64,000 nt of DNA from a virus, in the IMG/VR virus record IMGVR_UViG_3300020430_000007, one strand, 5' to 3'. Below are positions 19,533-28,918 of the stretch, piece after piece (position 1 is the stretch's first letter; each line of letters starts with the position of its first letter). A program made the position numbers and the translations under genes. The notes below the pieces were generated by a model. The model ran no database searches, was not told where the DNA came from, and saw only the letters and a program-made list of their open reading frames with translations.

Positions 19533-21727
19533 ACATAGAAATCAAAGGTAACTTAGCAAGACTACTTGCCACTGAGAACCTTATTGTTGAGCACAAAAAA
19601 GTAGAGACTGCTCAATTCAACACACAAACAAGAGTTTTGACTCTACCCATATGGAATACATCAAGTAATTTTGTTTATGATATGCTCGTAGCACACGAGG
19701 TAGGTCATGCATTATTTACTCCATGCGTTGATTGGAAACAAGATAAGTACAAATCTGTACCTCACTCATATGTCAATATTGTAGAGGATGCACGTATTGA
19801 GAGACTCATGAAAAACAAATTTGCAGGTCTAAACAGAGATTTCTACAAAGGATATGAAGAGTTGAACTCAAGTGACTTTTTTGAATTGAGTGACAAAAAT
19901 GTCAATAAAATGAAATTTATCGATAAAATCAATCTATACTTCAAACTAGGTGCCTTTCTATGTCTTGAGTTCAATGATATTGAAAATCAATTCATCACTG
20001 AAATATCACAATCAGAAACATTTGAACAAGTTCTTGACATTTCACTTAGAGTTTATCAGTATTCTAAAGAGCAACAACAAGCAAGACAAAAAATGCTTGA
20101 CTTAGCACAAACAAGTGAAGATAAAAACAACAATGATGATGAGGATCTTCAATCACCATCATATCAAAGAGATTATCAATCAGAAAGTGATGATGAGATT
20201 GATGACTCTGCAGATATTGATGATCCTGATTTTGAACCATCAGATGAAGTTGACGATGATGATGAAATTGACGGTGGTAGCACTGCAGGCAATCATGCGG
20301 GTGATTGGAATAACATTGATGAGAGTGATACTCAAGATGCATTTGACAATAACAGTGAGAAACTCAGAGATACTGATAGTAAAGAAACCACTTATATCAA
20401 TCTACCAGAGGTAAGACTTGACAAAGTTGTTGTACCATTTGATGTTATCAATGAATACCTAACAGATCACTTTCTTACTGAGAAAACAAGTCAGCAAGAT
20501 AATCATACAAACTACGTTGGTAATGCGATTCTCAAAGACACAAATGATTTCAGACAGTACAAAAAGTCAGCATCTAAAGATGTCAATCACCTTGTAAAAG
20601 AGTTTGAAATGAAGAAATCAGCAGATTCATACGCTAGACAGGCAACTGCTAGGACAGGTGTTCTTGATACATCTAAATTGCATACTTATATGTTCAATGA
20701 AGATATATTCAAAAAGATAACTGTTATTCCAGAGGGTAAAAATCATGGTCTTGTGTTTTTACTTGATTGGTCTGGTTCAATGTCTAACATACTTGAGAAT
20801 ACTTTGAAGCAATTATTCAATCTAGTATGGTTTTGTAGAAAAGTCAATATACCTTTTGAGGTTTATGCCTTTACAAATGATTCATGGTCATTATGGGGTG
20901 ATTACAACGAGGAAACAAGATATTATGAACTTGATGGATCTAAACTTGTAAAGTCATACAATACAAATGATTTACATATTGAGGGTGGTTTCAGAATGGT
21001 AAACATTCTCACTAGCACTGCAAAATCTAAAGATATTGACAATATGATGCTAAATCTATGGTTACAAACAAGAGCGATGAACTTTCGCATGTATAATTGG
21101 GGTCGCAAGTTTACTTTATCAGGAACACCACTCAATGAAGCAATTGTGTGTGTAGGACAACTCACTAAGCAATTTATCAAAAATGCTAAGTTGCAAAAAT
21201 CTCATGTTATTATATTGACTGACGGTGATGGTTATCACCCATCATACAACCATAACTTTATATCCTCTCATACTGGTAAAGAGAGACAATGTGTAAATTC
21301 AGTGCCAACGTGGTCTAGCACAATTAGAGTGGGTAGTAGATCATTTATCTGCACCACTGGTGATGTTGATTTTACAAACAAAATGGTTGAAGCAGTAAAA
21401 AGCACATTACCAAACACAAGTTTTATTGGAATACGTATTCTTGATAGCAGATCATATTCATGTTTCTATAATAAGTTTGGTAGATTATCATTTGATTATT
21501 TTGAAGACATGAAGAGTGAACTAAGGAAAAACGGTGCGGTGTTCTTCAAAAACAAATCATTTGATTTATGGTGTGGAGTGGTTCAAAAATCATTACATAC
21601 AGATGCAGATCTAGAGGTAGATCAAGGTGCTGCAAAAAGACAAATCACTGCTGCGTTCAAAAAAATGAACAAGGGTAAGAAATCCAACAAATTCATGGTC
21701 AAAGAGTTCATAAAACAAATTGCTTGA
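19523..21727 (+). CDS. CobT-like VWA-domain protein with N-terminal zincin (HExxH) peptidase-like domain
   Basis: HEVGH motif, NIVEDARIE, acidic linker, MIDAS LLDWSGSM, GTP and LTDG; immediately upstream of cobS. Confidence 0.85.
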   Translation: MPVNIEIKGNLARLLATENLIVEHKKVETAQFNTQTRVLTLPIWNTSSNFVYDMLVAHEVGHALFTPCVDWKQDKYKSVPHSYVNIVEDARIERLMKNKFAGLNRDFYKGYEELNSSDFFELSDKNVNKMKFIDKINLYFKLGAFLCLEFNDIENQFITEISQSETFEQVLDISLRVYQYSKEQQQARQKMLDLAQTSEDKNNNDDEDLQSPSYQRDYQSESDDEIDDSADIDDPDFEPSDEVDDDDEIDGGSTAGNHAGDWNNIDESDTQDAFDNNSEKLRDTDSKETTYINLPEVRLDKVVVPFDVINEYLTDHFLTEKTSQQDNHTNYVGNAILKDTNDFRQYKKSASKDVNHLVKEFEMKKSADSYARQATARTGVLDTSKLHTYMFNEDIFKKITVIPEGKNHGLVFLLDWSGSMSNILENTLKQLFNLVWFCRKVNIPFEVYAFTNDSWSLWGDYNEETRYYELDGSKLVKSYNTNDLHIEGGFRMVNILTSTAKSKDIDNMMLNLWLQTRAMNFRMYNWGRKFTLSGTPLNEAIVCVGQLTKQFIKNAKLQKSHVIILTDGDGYHPSYNHNFISSHTGKERQCVNSVPTWSSTIRVGSRSFICTTGDVDFTNKMVEAVKSTLPNTSFIGIRILDSRSYSCFYNKFGRLSFDYFEDMKSELRKNGAVFFKNKSFDLWCGVVQKSLHTDADLEVDQGAAKRQITAAFKKMNKGKKSNKFMVKEFIKQIA

Positions 21728-21782
21728 CCAGTTTACAAAGTGGTACATCATCGGTTGATTTACCACTTTTATCAATTATAAT
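21725..21782 (+). promoter_or_regulatory. Early promoter element copy 2
   Basis: TGACCAGTT-TACA-AAGTGGTACA, TATAAT at 21777 (48-nt spacing). Confidence 0.7.
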
Positions 21783-21807
21783 ACTATTATACAAACAAAT
21801 CTTTATT

Positions 21808-22938
21808 ATGACACTTATTCCTCACAAATATACAGACGTTGAATTGTTTGACTTACTCAAAAAGTATGATGACTCAGCAATCACATCAAAAGACTTACAA
21901 GAGATTGCAGATCACTTTGATGTAAAAGTATCTTCACTACGTAGAAGAATGAAGAGAAAAGGTTTTGAGTACAATGCTAAGAAAAAAACATATGCATTGA
22001 CTAAAACTCAACTCAAATCTGCAAAAAAACAACTTGAGACACAATTTGAGAAACCTCATGTTTTTGCTACTGAGCAAAAAGAGAATCTTGTGCCTACTAT
22101 AGACGACACATTTATCAAGTTTGGTGCATTTCCTGATCTCAAGAAAATTATACAATCAAGATTGTTTTATCCTATCTTCATCACTGGTATGTCAGGCAAC
22201 GGAAAAACTTTCGGTGTTGAACAAGCATGCTCTCAAACTAAGAGAGAGCTTATCAGAGTAAACATCACTGTTGAGACTGATGAAGATGATCTTATCGGTG
22301 GTTTCAGACTTGTCAACGGTGAGACTGTATGGCATAACGGTCCAGTTATTGAAGCATTAGAGCGTGGTGCTATATTATTATTAGATGAAGTTGATCTTGC
22401 ATCTAACAAGATATTATGTTTACAATCTATTCTAGAGGGTAAAGGTGTATTTCTCAAAAAGATTGGTAAGTTTGTCAAACCTAATGAGGGTTTCAATATT
22501 GTAGCAACTGCCAATACAAAAGGTAAAGGCAGTGATGACGGTAGGTTTATTGGCACAAATGTTCTCAATGAAGCATTTCTTGAGCGTTTTCCTATTACCA
22601 TTGAGCAAGACTACCCCACTGTAGGTGTAGAGTCAAAAATATTGACTAAAGTTGCAGAGTCATTGAATATTCCTATGATAAGTGAGCACAAAAACTTCAT
22701 TACACACTTGTGCAACTGGGCAGAGATTGTTCGTAAGACTTTCAATGATGGTGGTGTTGATGAGATCATATCAACACGTAGATTGACTCACATCATGCGA
22801 GCATATTCTATCTTCGGTGATAAGATGAAGTCTGTTCAAATGTGTCTCAACAGATTTGATGATGAGACTAAGGAGTCATTTATTCAATTATACACTAAAT
22901 TGGATGATACTGTAAATGTTTCAGAGTCAACACAATAG
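21808..22938 (+). CDS. cobS: CobS-like / MoxR-family AAA+ ATPase
   Basis: Walker A GMSGNGKT, Walker B LLLDEVD, ATANTKGKG, LERF, ISTRRL. The ATG at 21808 follows the promoter. Confidence 0.9.
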   Translation: MTLIPHKYTDVELFDLLKKYDDSAITSKDLQEIADHFDVKVSSLRRRMKRKGFEYNAKKKTYALTKTQLKSAKKQLETQFEKPHVFATEQKENLVPTIDDTFIKFGAFPDLKKIIQSRLFYPIFITGMSGNGKTFGVEQACSQTKRELIRVNITVETDEDDLIGGFRLVNGETVWHNGPVIEALERGAILLLDEVDLASNKILCLQSILEGKGVFLKKIGKFVKPNEGFNIVATANTKGKGSDDGRFIGTNVLNEAFLERFPITIEQDYPTVGVESKILTKVAESLNIPMISEHKNFITHLCNWAEIVRKTFNDGGVDEIISTRRLTHIMRAYSIFGDKMKSVQMCLNRFDDETKESFIQLYTKLDDTVNVSESTQ

Positions 22939-22939
22939 G

Positions 22940-22967
22940 TTGACTCTTGATCTCAATCTGCTATAAT
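22940..22967 (+). promoter_or_regulatory. Sigma70-like promoter with extended -10
   Basis: TTGACT-N16-TATAAT with TG immediately upstream of the -10 spacer base. Confidence 0.7.
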
Positions 22968-22973
22968 AAGAAT

Positions 22974-23165
22974 GTAAGCGAGGTTGGTTGAGTAGGTTTT
23001 TTGTAGAAGGTTTGACTACTCTTCTGTAAAATGTATCCTCGCACGATTTTTGGGCATTGATATGGCAAGGGTGATCTCATTCCGACATGCTATGTAAGGA
23101 TTCTAAACGGTAGTCGGTGGAAAAGGTCTTCAAATCGAACCTCATGTCATGTAAGTCCCGATTTC
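22974..23165 (+). ncRNA. Putative structured non-coding RNA (~190 nt)
   Basis: Sits between two promoters with no credible ORF. Stems: GCGAGG/CCTCGC, TTTTGTAGAAG/CTTCTGTAAAA, ATATGGCA/TGTCATGT, CCGAC/GTCGG, GGG/CCC. Confidence 0.6.
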
Positions 23166-23174
23166 AACACATTG

Positions 23175-23203
23175 TTGACAAACAGTCTTGTACATGCTAT
23201 AAT
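23175..23203 (+). promoter_or_regulatory. Consensus sigma70 promoter
   Basis: TTGACA-N17-TATAAT with extended TG. Confidence 0.85.
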
Positions 23204-23254
23204 ATGTACATACAGACCTGAGAAGTCTCTAAACTCATTCATTGTCCCTTTATT

Positions 23255-23479
23255 ATGTTATTCATGAAAATCACTGGTTCATCTGCTATTGCTGCTGTAA
23301 ACTTTGGCGAGAACAATGCAGTAGGTGTGACATTTACCAGTAATGATACCGAGTACGGTTTTGTTGCTAAGGATGCTGCACTTGTTCGCACTGGTCTTGA
23401 GTCTGCCCTCTCAAAGGGTGAGTCCATCGGCAAGTTGATCTCAAACTATCGTACAACTGGACAACTAAAGGCAGTCTAG
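23255..23479 (+). CDS. Small hypothetical phage protein
   Basis: 74 aa, SSAIAAV..ESIGKLI pattern, between a strong promoter and a hairpin terminator. Confidence 0.7.
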   Translation: MLFMKITGSSAIAAVNFGENNAVGVTFTSNDTEYGFVAKDAALVRTGLESALSKGESIGKLISNYRTTGQLKAV

Positions 23480-23514
23480 TTCATAACCACAACTGAATAC
23501 ATTGATTTATTTTT

Positions 23515-23537
23515 ACCCCTGATTGAGTCAGGGGTTT
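23515..23537 (+). terminator. Rho-independent terminator-like hairpin
   Basis: ACCCCTGA-TTGAG-TCAGGGGT followed by TT and a T-rich tract. Confidence 0.55.
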
Positions 23538-23564
23538 GCATTTTAAATTACATTGGAGATTATT

Positions 23565-23936
23565 ATGTCACTAAACTATGAGAAAGTATGGGAGGTAATG
23601 AATGATCTTGATGAGGTCGTTCAAAAGACAAAGATTATCTCTGAAATGTGTAATAAACTGAGAAAAACAGTTTATGATTGGACTGATGCTGATGAGGTAT
23701 TGGACGAGGTTGATGCACTAAAAGGATTTTCAACATATATCCTACAAGAATTAGACAATGCATCAATAAGAGCATGGAATAATACTGTTATTCCATTGAA
23801 TCCAAATAGAGAAAAGATAAGATTAGGAAAAGATCTTGATTCATTAGATAATGTCAAAATAGATACAGATCAATTCAAGATTGATTTGAATCAATTTAGA
23901 GATTATAACATAAGATCGGAGGATATGAAGGCATGA
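23565..23936 (+). CDS. Hypothetical helical protein
   Basis: GGAG Shine-Dalgarno before the ATG at 23565; 123 aa. Confidence 0.65.
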   Translation: MSLNYEKVWEVMNDLDEVVQKTKIISEMCNKLRKTVYDWTDADEVLDEVDALKGFSTYILQELDNASIRAWNNTVIPLNPNREKIRLGKDLDSLDNVKIDTDQFKIDLNQFRDYNIRSEDMKA

Positions 23937-24013
23937 TTTATACAATGCTATCAATCATAACCATAGGTGTTATAATGGTGATATATACATTATACAAATA
24001 TAATCCACATTGA
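23933..24013 (+). CDS. 26-aa single-TM microprotein (MIYTMLSIITIGVIMVIYTLYKYNPH)
   Basis: ATGA overlap with the upstream stop, GGAGG upstream, hydrophobic helix. Not in the ORF track. Confidence 0.5.
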   Translation: MIYTMLSIITIGVIMVIYTLYKYNPH

Positions 24014-24018
24014 TCATC

Positions 24019-24261
24019 ATGGCACTATCATCACAAGTTGAGGAATCACTAAGGGATGCACAAAGTCATTTACGAAATGCTTTAGCATTTTCAGCAAGGA
24101 GTGAGAAAACTTATGTAAGTAAACATGTTGCTGACATGTTACATAGAATAGATAATTTGATAGATGTTACTGATGTAATGGAGAGGTTAGAGTCAAGAAA
24201 ACAAGGTGATAAAGGTACGTGGGGTCCTTTTATTGATGACCATTTAGACGAAGATTGTTAG
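24019..24261 (+). CDS. Hypothetical phage protein
   Basis: MALSSQVEESLRDAQSHLRNALAFSARSEK; 80 aa, tightly packed. Confidence 0.7.
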   Translation: MALSSQVEESLRDAQSHLRNALAFSARSEKTYVSKHVADMLHRIDNLIDVTDVMERLESRKQGDKGTWGPFIDDHLDEDC

Positions 24262-25485
24262 ATGACAACTAAAGAGAATCCACAAAAGGATAACCATGTT
24301 ATATGTGGTTATCCTTTTTATGCTATTAGAAATGGTCCGAGTATAAACTATGCTCCATGTTGTTGGGCAAGGACAAAAAGCGTGTGTGGACCTCAAAACA
24401 CCCCTGCTATTGATTATTTCAAAGGCAATATATTCAATGAAATGAGGAGAGATATGTTGAGAGGTGTAAAGAGTGATTTGTTATTGGACACTTGCTCTTT
24501 ATGTTATAAAAATGAGGAGAATAACGGTTCATCTGCTAGACTTCAATCCGAGGTAGATTGGAGTGTGCTTGATAATTTTGATAGTGATGGTAAAATGATT
24601 GATAATAATAACAGATTTATAAAATTAGAACTCAATGCTTTTGGCAATCATTGTAACTTAGAATGTTATGAATGTCAACCAGACAACTCAAGTAGAAGGG
24701 AAGAGCGTTTGAAGAAGATGGGCACAAAGTGGCAAGCGATATTGGGTAAGTATTCATTTGTTGATAGGGATGTAAAAAAGAAAAATAAAGTGTTATGGAG
24801 AGAGTTTGTCAATGATTTAGTGCAACATAGTAGGAATATAAAAATGTTATCTTTTTGTGGTGGTGAACCAATGTCAATGGTATCACATTTTGATATATTG
24901 GATGCACTCATTGACAGTGGTGATTCTAAAGAGATAGAATTATATTATGTCTCAAATATGACAATGTTTACATTACCTAAAATGAGAAGATACATTGACA
25001 AATTCAAGTGGATGAACATACAATGGAGTGTGGATGGCATAGGTGAGAGAAATTATTGGTTGAGATATCCAACAAATTGGAACAATACTGTAAAAAATGT
25101 ATTAGACGTGCAACAATATCTTTATTATACTAAACCATGGAAAATAGGAAAGATTGAAGCAACAATAACACCATCATTATTAGGTGTACTCAAGTTGAGA
25201 GAGACAGTAGATTGGATGAATAAACATGATCTAATGCAAGATAATCCTATGATAAACAGAATTGATGAACCAAAAATATGTCAAACAAGACATTTACCAG
25301 ATGAGATAAAACAAAAGATAGGTGATGATGTCAAATCAGTGTCCGAGTATCATTATAATGATATGATGGAGAAGAGAGACCCTTATTATTTTGGGTTGGC
25401 AATAAAGTATTTTGATGCACTTGATAAATCAAGGGGCACTGACTGGAGAGCAACGTTTCCTGAGTTAGCATGTTATACCAACTAA
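24262..25485 (+). CDS. Radical SAM protein with N-terminal Cys-rich (SPASM/twitch-like) segment
   Basis: CNLECYEC (CxxxCxxC), GGEP, SVDG; N-terminal C..PCC..CSLC. Confidence 0.85.
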   Translation: MTTKENPQKDNHVICGYPFYAIRNGPSINYAPCCWARTKSVCGPQNTPAIDYFKGNIFNEMRRDMLRGVKSDLLLDTCSLCYKNEENNGSSARLQSEVDWSVLDNFDSDGKMIDNNNRFIKLELNAFGNHCNLECYECQPDNSSRREERLKKMGTKWQAILGKYSFVDRDVKKKNKVLWREFVNDLVQHSRNIKMLSFCGGEPMSMVSHFDILDALIDSGDSKEIELYYVSNMTMFTLPKMRRYIDKFKWMNIQWSVDGIGERNYWLRYPTNWNNTVKNVLDVQQYLYYTKPWKIGKIEATITPSLLGVLKLRETVDWMNKHDLMQDNPMINRIDEPKICQTRHLPDEIKQKIGDDVKSVSEYHYNDMMEKRDPYYFGLAIKYFDALDKSRGTDWRATFPELACYTN

Positions 25486-26300
25486 TTGACGTTAGATTTA
25501 CACCAGAATGTAAAGAACTTCATGAACTATTGACCGATAATTGTTTTGAGTTTGAGTCCTCTGATGATATTGTTAGTTCATTAGAAGAACATTATAACAT
25601 CAAGATTGAAAGTCTAGCATGGTGTAATGTGATCGACCAGATTGATAGTGATGGTAAAGTAACTGTCACATTGAATAACCAATGTGTTATAATACCTGCT
25701 ATAATGAATACAAGATTAGTTGGGATACCACCTAATTTTAGATATGATCCTAAAAGAAAACTTATTGGAGGTTTCAACATGATATTGGCAGAGTGGATAC
25801 ACAATTATAAATGCCATGATGATGCTGTAAATAATAGAGATATTGATCCCTATAACGGCTCACCATTTCAAATCTACAAAGATATGAGCAGTAAACGTAA
25901 GGGTAAGTTTTTTGAAATGATAGTTGCTGAGTATTGTGAAAATTTAGGATGTCTTGTAGAAAGAGCAACAAACTCTGAACATGATAGAATAATAAGTAAG
26001 CAGAAAGCAGAAATCAAGGGATCAACTTTATGGGAAGGTCACGATGAGTTGTTTAGATGGCAACAAATACGACCAAATCAAGATTATGACATTATGATAT
26101 TTCTTGCAATGTATCCTGATAGAGTTGATCTTTTTGCAAGTAAAAAGAAAGATGTAGTTGACTACGTTACAAAACAAGATGAGGATGGTAACTTTATCCA
26201 TAATCAACATGGTGGAAAGAGCGTTGATAGTGGTACATATTTCATACAAGGTAAACCATCTGATTTTCCATTTTTTAGACCCATACAAAGCGTAATATGA
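25470..26300 (+). CDS. Putative PD-(D/E)XK restriction endonuclease-like protein
   Basis: KGKFFE..EHDRII..KAEIKGS fits E..D..ExK geometry; directly upstream of two methyltransferases. Confidence 0.5.
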   Translation: MLYQLIDVRFTPECKELHELLTDNCFEFESSDDIVSSLEEHYNIKIESLAWCNVIDQIDSDGKVTVTLNNQCVIIPAIMNTRLVGIPPNFRYDPKRKLIGGFNMILAEWIHNYKCHDDAVNNRDIDPYNGSPFQIYKDMSSKRKGKFFEMIVAEYCENLGCLVERATNSEHDRIISKQKAEIKGSTLWEGHDELFRWQQIRPNQDYDIMIFLAMYPDRVDLFASKKKDVVDYVTKQDEDGNFIHNQHGGKSVDSGTYFIQGKPSDFPFFRPIQSVI

Positions 26301-27091
26301 AACTCAATGAAATACAGGAAAGAGATTGTATCGAGTATTTGAACACACTTGATGACAACTCAGTTGATCTTATCATTACTGATCCACCGTACAACATATC
26401 ATTTGATGGTGGCAAGGGATGGGATTCACAATGGAAAACTGAAGAGGATTATCTAAAATGGTGTGATACATGGACTACAGAGTTGGTACGTGTGCTAAAA
26501 CCTAATCGCATGATGATAGTGTGGGGTACTCTCAAAACAGATACATTTCTAAAATATAAACTATTGTTGAGTTCATATAATCAATTAGTATCACAAAATG
26601 AGATAGTGTGGAGTTATAATTGGGGTGGACGCACTAAGGATAATTTTGCACGTAAACATGAATATGCATGGTGTTATTCAAAAGGTGATAAGTTTCTATT
26701 CAATCGTGATGATGTAAGAGTTGAGCGTAAAGTGAAAAGAAATCTAAGAACTGGTGAGAATTATAGTCAGGGAACTATACCTACATGTGTATGGGAAAAG
26801 AATAATCATACAGCAAGTAAGGAACACTGCGGGTGGCACCCTACAACCAAAAACTTAGATGTGATATCAAGAATGGTAAGAGCATATTCAAACGAGGGTG
26901 ATACTGTTTTAGATATATTCATGGGTAGTGGATCAACTGCTATTGCATCTATGATGAATAAACGTAATTATGTTGGATGTGAACTTGATCCTAATTATAA
27001 TGAATTGATGAAAGAAAGAATATCATCTTATGCCACTAATACTATTGGCACAATACAACAACCAAATCCCATATTATCTACTATTGCATGA
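26297..27091 (+). CDS. DNA methyltransferase, beta class (N6-adenine likely)
   Basis: Motif IV DPPY, HPTTK, motif I DIFMGSGST. Confidence 0.9.
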   Translation: MKLNEIQERDCIEYLNTLDDNSVDLIITDPPYNISFDGGKGWDSQWKTEEDYLKWCDTWTTELVRVLKPNRMMIVWGTLKTDTFLKYKLLLSSYNQLVSQNEIVWSYNWGGRTKDNFARKHEYAWCYSKGDKFLFNRDDVRVERKVKRNLRTGENYSQGTIPTCVWEKNNHTASKEHCGWHPTTKNLDVISRMVRAYSNEGDTVLDIFMGSGSTAIASMMNKRNYVGCELDPNYNELMKERISSYATNTIGTIQQPNPILSTIA

Positions 27092-27957
27092 TGAAAGACA
27101 CAATCTTATATGGAGACTGTCGTGATACACTCAATAATGTAATAAATTCGTCAGTGCAGATGTGTGTTACATCCCCCCCTTATTATGGTCTTAGAGACTA
27201 TGGTGGTGAGGATTCACAAATTGGACAAGAGCAAACACCTGAGGAGTATATCAAACAATTAGTTGACTTGTTTAGTGTAGTAAGAGACAAACTAAAAGAT
27301 GATGGTGTATTATGGGTGAATATTGGTGATAGTTATTATAACTATAGGAGTGGTAAAGGTCAAGCATTACCAAAACAAACAGTGAGCAAAACTAATCAAG
27401 ACTTACCCACTAAATGCAATCGTAGAGCAAATAAACTAAAAGGATATAAAGAAAAAGATTTGATGGGCATACCATGGATGTTAGCATTTGCACTACGTGC
27501 AGATGGATGGTATCTTCGTCAGGATATCATATGGCACAAACCTAATCCAATGCCTGAGTCAGTGCGTGATAGATGTACAAAATCACATGAATATATTTTC
27601 CTATTGAGTAAGAATAGAAATTATTATTTTGATGTTGATGCCATCAAAGAACCAACAAGAAGAAAGAGGAGTGTGTGGAATGTGACAAAGAGACCATATA
27701 AGGGTGCACATTTTGCAGTATTCCCACCTGATTTGATTGAACCATGTATATTGGCAGGCAGTGACAAGGGTGATATCATATTAGATCCGTTTATGGGTAG
27801 TGGTACAACTGCACTGGTAGCAAAATCCTTAGAAAGACATTTTATTGGATGCGAATTGCATCAACAATATGATAACCTAATAAAAGAGAGATTGAGCAAT
27901 GTGACAATCAAGAAACCTGCACAGTCTACACCAAATCCATTAGAACTACTGCTATAA
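27088..27957 (+). CDS. DNA methyltransferase, beta class (N4-cytosine likely)
   Basis: Motif IV TSPPY, HFAVFP, motif I DPFMGSGTT. Confidence 0.9.
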   Translation: MMKDTILYGDCRDTLNNVINSSVQMCVTSPPYYGLRDYGGEDSQIGQEQTPEEYIKQLVDLFSVVRDKLKDDGVLWVNIGDSYYNYRSGKGQALPKQTVSKTNQDLPTKCNRRANKLKGYKEKDLMGIPWMLAFALRADGWYLRQDIIWHKPNPMPESVRDRCTKSHEYIFLLSKNRNYYFDVDAIKEPTRRKRSVWNVTKRPYKGAHFAVFPPDLIEPCILAGSDKGDIILDPFMGSGTTALVAKSLERHFIGCELHQQYDNLIKERLSNVTIKKPAQSTPNPLELLL

Positions 27958-27958
27958 T
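27901..27958 (+). promoter_or_regulatory. Early promoter element copy 3 (inside the 3' end of the methyltransferase gene)
   Basis: GTGACAATC-AAGA-AACCTGCACA, TGCTATAAT with TATAAT at 27953 (48-nt spacing). Confidence 0.6.
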
Positions 27959-27980
27959 ATTATTGTAAACAAAAAAACCA

Positions 27981-28130
27981 ATGAGTTCAGTTCAAACAGT
28001 TACTACCAAACATCACACTATACTGATTGATCGTGATGATTATCGTCAAATCAAAAATGAGTGTAAAAGACTTGATGTAACTATTGACTATTACTTTTTT
28101 GAGTTTCAATTCTATCAGGATGAAAACTAA
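27981..28130 (+). CDS. Small early hypothetical protein (49 aa)
   Basis: MSSVQTV..DVTIDYYFFEF; first ORF after the promoter. Not in the ORF track. Confidence 0.55.
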   Translation: MSSVQTVTTKHHTILIDRDDYRQIKNECKRLDVTIDYYFFEFQFYQDEN

Positions 28131-28267
28131 TGAGAAAATATACAGTCTCAGCACTTGTAGAGGGTTATCGTATTGAGGATCAAATCGTTGCAGTCTCAAT
28201 ACATCAAGCAATCAAACTCATGCAAGCAAAATACAGCAACGCAAGCAACATTTACTGTCTACACTAA
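28130..28267 (+). CDS. Small early hypothetical protein (45 aa)
   Basis: MRKYTVSALVEGYRIEDQI..; TAATG stop/start overlap. Confidence 0.55.
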   Translation: MRKYTVSALVEGYRIEDQIVAVSIHQAIKLMQAKYSNASNIYCLH

Positions 28268-28272
28268 TTATT

Positions 28273-28410
28273 ATGAACATTCCAACATATGACTTTCCAC
28301 AGTCACCAATTTTGATTATTGGATTCTTCGGAATCTTTACAGCACTACTCGTGTTATACATTGCAAACAGGGATTATTTTTCTAGTCCATACAATCAAGA
28401 TAAGAGGTAA
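28273..28410 (+). CDS. Small single-TM early protein (45 aa)
   Basis: MNIPTYDFPQSPILIIGFFGIFTALLVLYIANRDYF..; fills the gap between neighbouring ORFs. Confidence 0.55.
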   Translation: MNIPTYDFPQSPILIIGFFGIFTALLVLYIANRDYFSSPYNQDKR

Positions 28411-28411
28411 T

Positions 28412-28603
28412 ATGAAATACAATGTCACTTACGTTGAGTTTGACTTTGATGATGAAGTTATCTCAAAAGATGAAAGAATCGAAATCACTAATGACCACAT
28501 AGGTGTGTGGGATGCTATTGATGAAGATGACCTAATCGATGAAATTACAACCTCTTCAAATTGGTGCGTCAAAAATATTGATTATGTGTACCAGTTGAAA
28601 TAG
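28412..28603 (+). CDS. Small acidic early protein
   Basis: GAGG Shine-Dalgarno and ATG at 28412; MKYNVTYVEFDFDD..GVWDA.DEDDLIDEIT. Confidence 0.65.
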   Translation: MKYNVTYVEFDFDDEVISKDERIEITNDHIGVWDAIDEDDLIDEITTSSNWCVKNIDYVYQLK

Positions 28604-28645
28604 TGTCACATACACCCTAGCATTTTGTTTTGTACCGATTATAAT
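28588..28645 (+). promoter_or_regulatory. Early promoter element copy 4
   Basis: GTACCAGTT-GAAA-TAGTGTCACA, TATAAT at 28640. Confidence 0.75.
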
Positions 28646-28669
28646 AGGTACATAACAAACAAACACATT

Positions 28670-28918
28670 ATGCCAAACTTCTCAGATTTTCTAGACTACG
28701 TTTATATGTTCTACAATGACAACGATGGTCTATATCCCATTTCAAAACTCACAAAGGCAGAAATTGCACTTGCTACTCTTCGTTATCTTGATGAGATCAA
28801 TGAAAAAGATGATGACAATTTCACATGGGGTTATGGTGACACTATTGACAGAGAGCGTGTAAGAAATCACATTGTTATGAATCGTGAATCAGTCAAATCA
28901 CTAAACTGGAGTAAGTAA
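28670..28918 (+). CDS. Small early hypothetical protein
   Basis: MPNFSDFLDYVYMFY..GLYP..GDTIDRERVR. Confidence 0.65.
   Translation: MPNFSDFLDYVYMFYNDNDGLYPISKLTKAEIALATLRYLDEINEKDDDNFTWGYGDTIDRERVRNHIVMNRESVKSLNWSK

Noticed and set aside
21808-22938. cobS as evidence of cobalamin biosynthesis
   Set aside because: It is a MoxR-type AAA+ ATPase common in T4-like marine phages; no cobN or other cob genes are present.
22974-23165. tRNA or small CDS in the post-cobS gap
   Set aside because: No cloverleaf, TTCGA T-loop or CCA end; the longest ATG ORF noticed is 11 codons.
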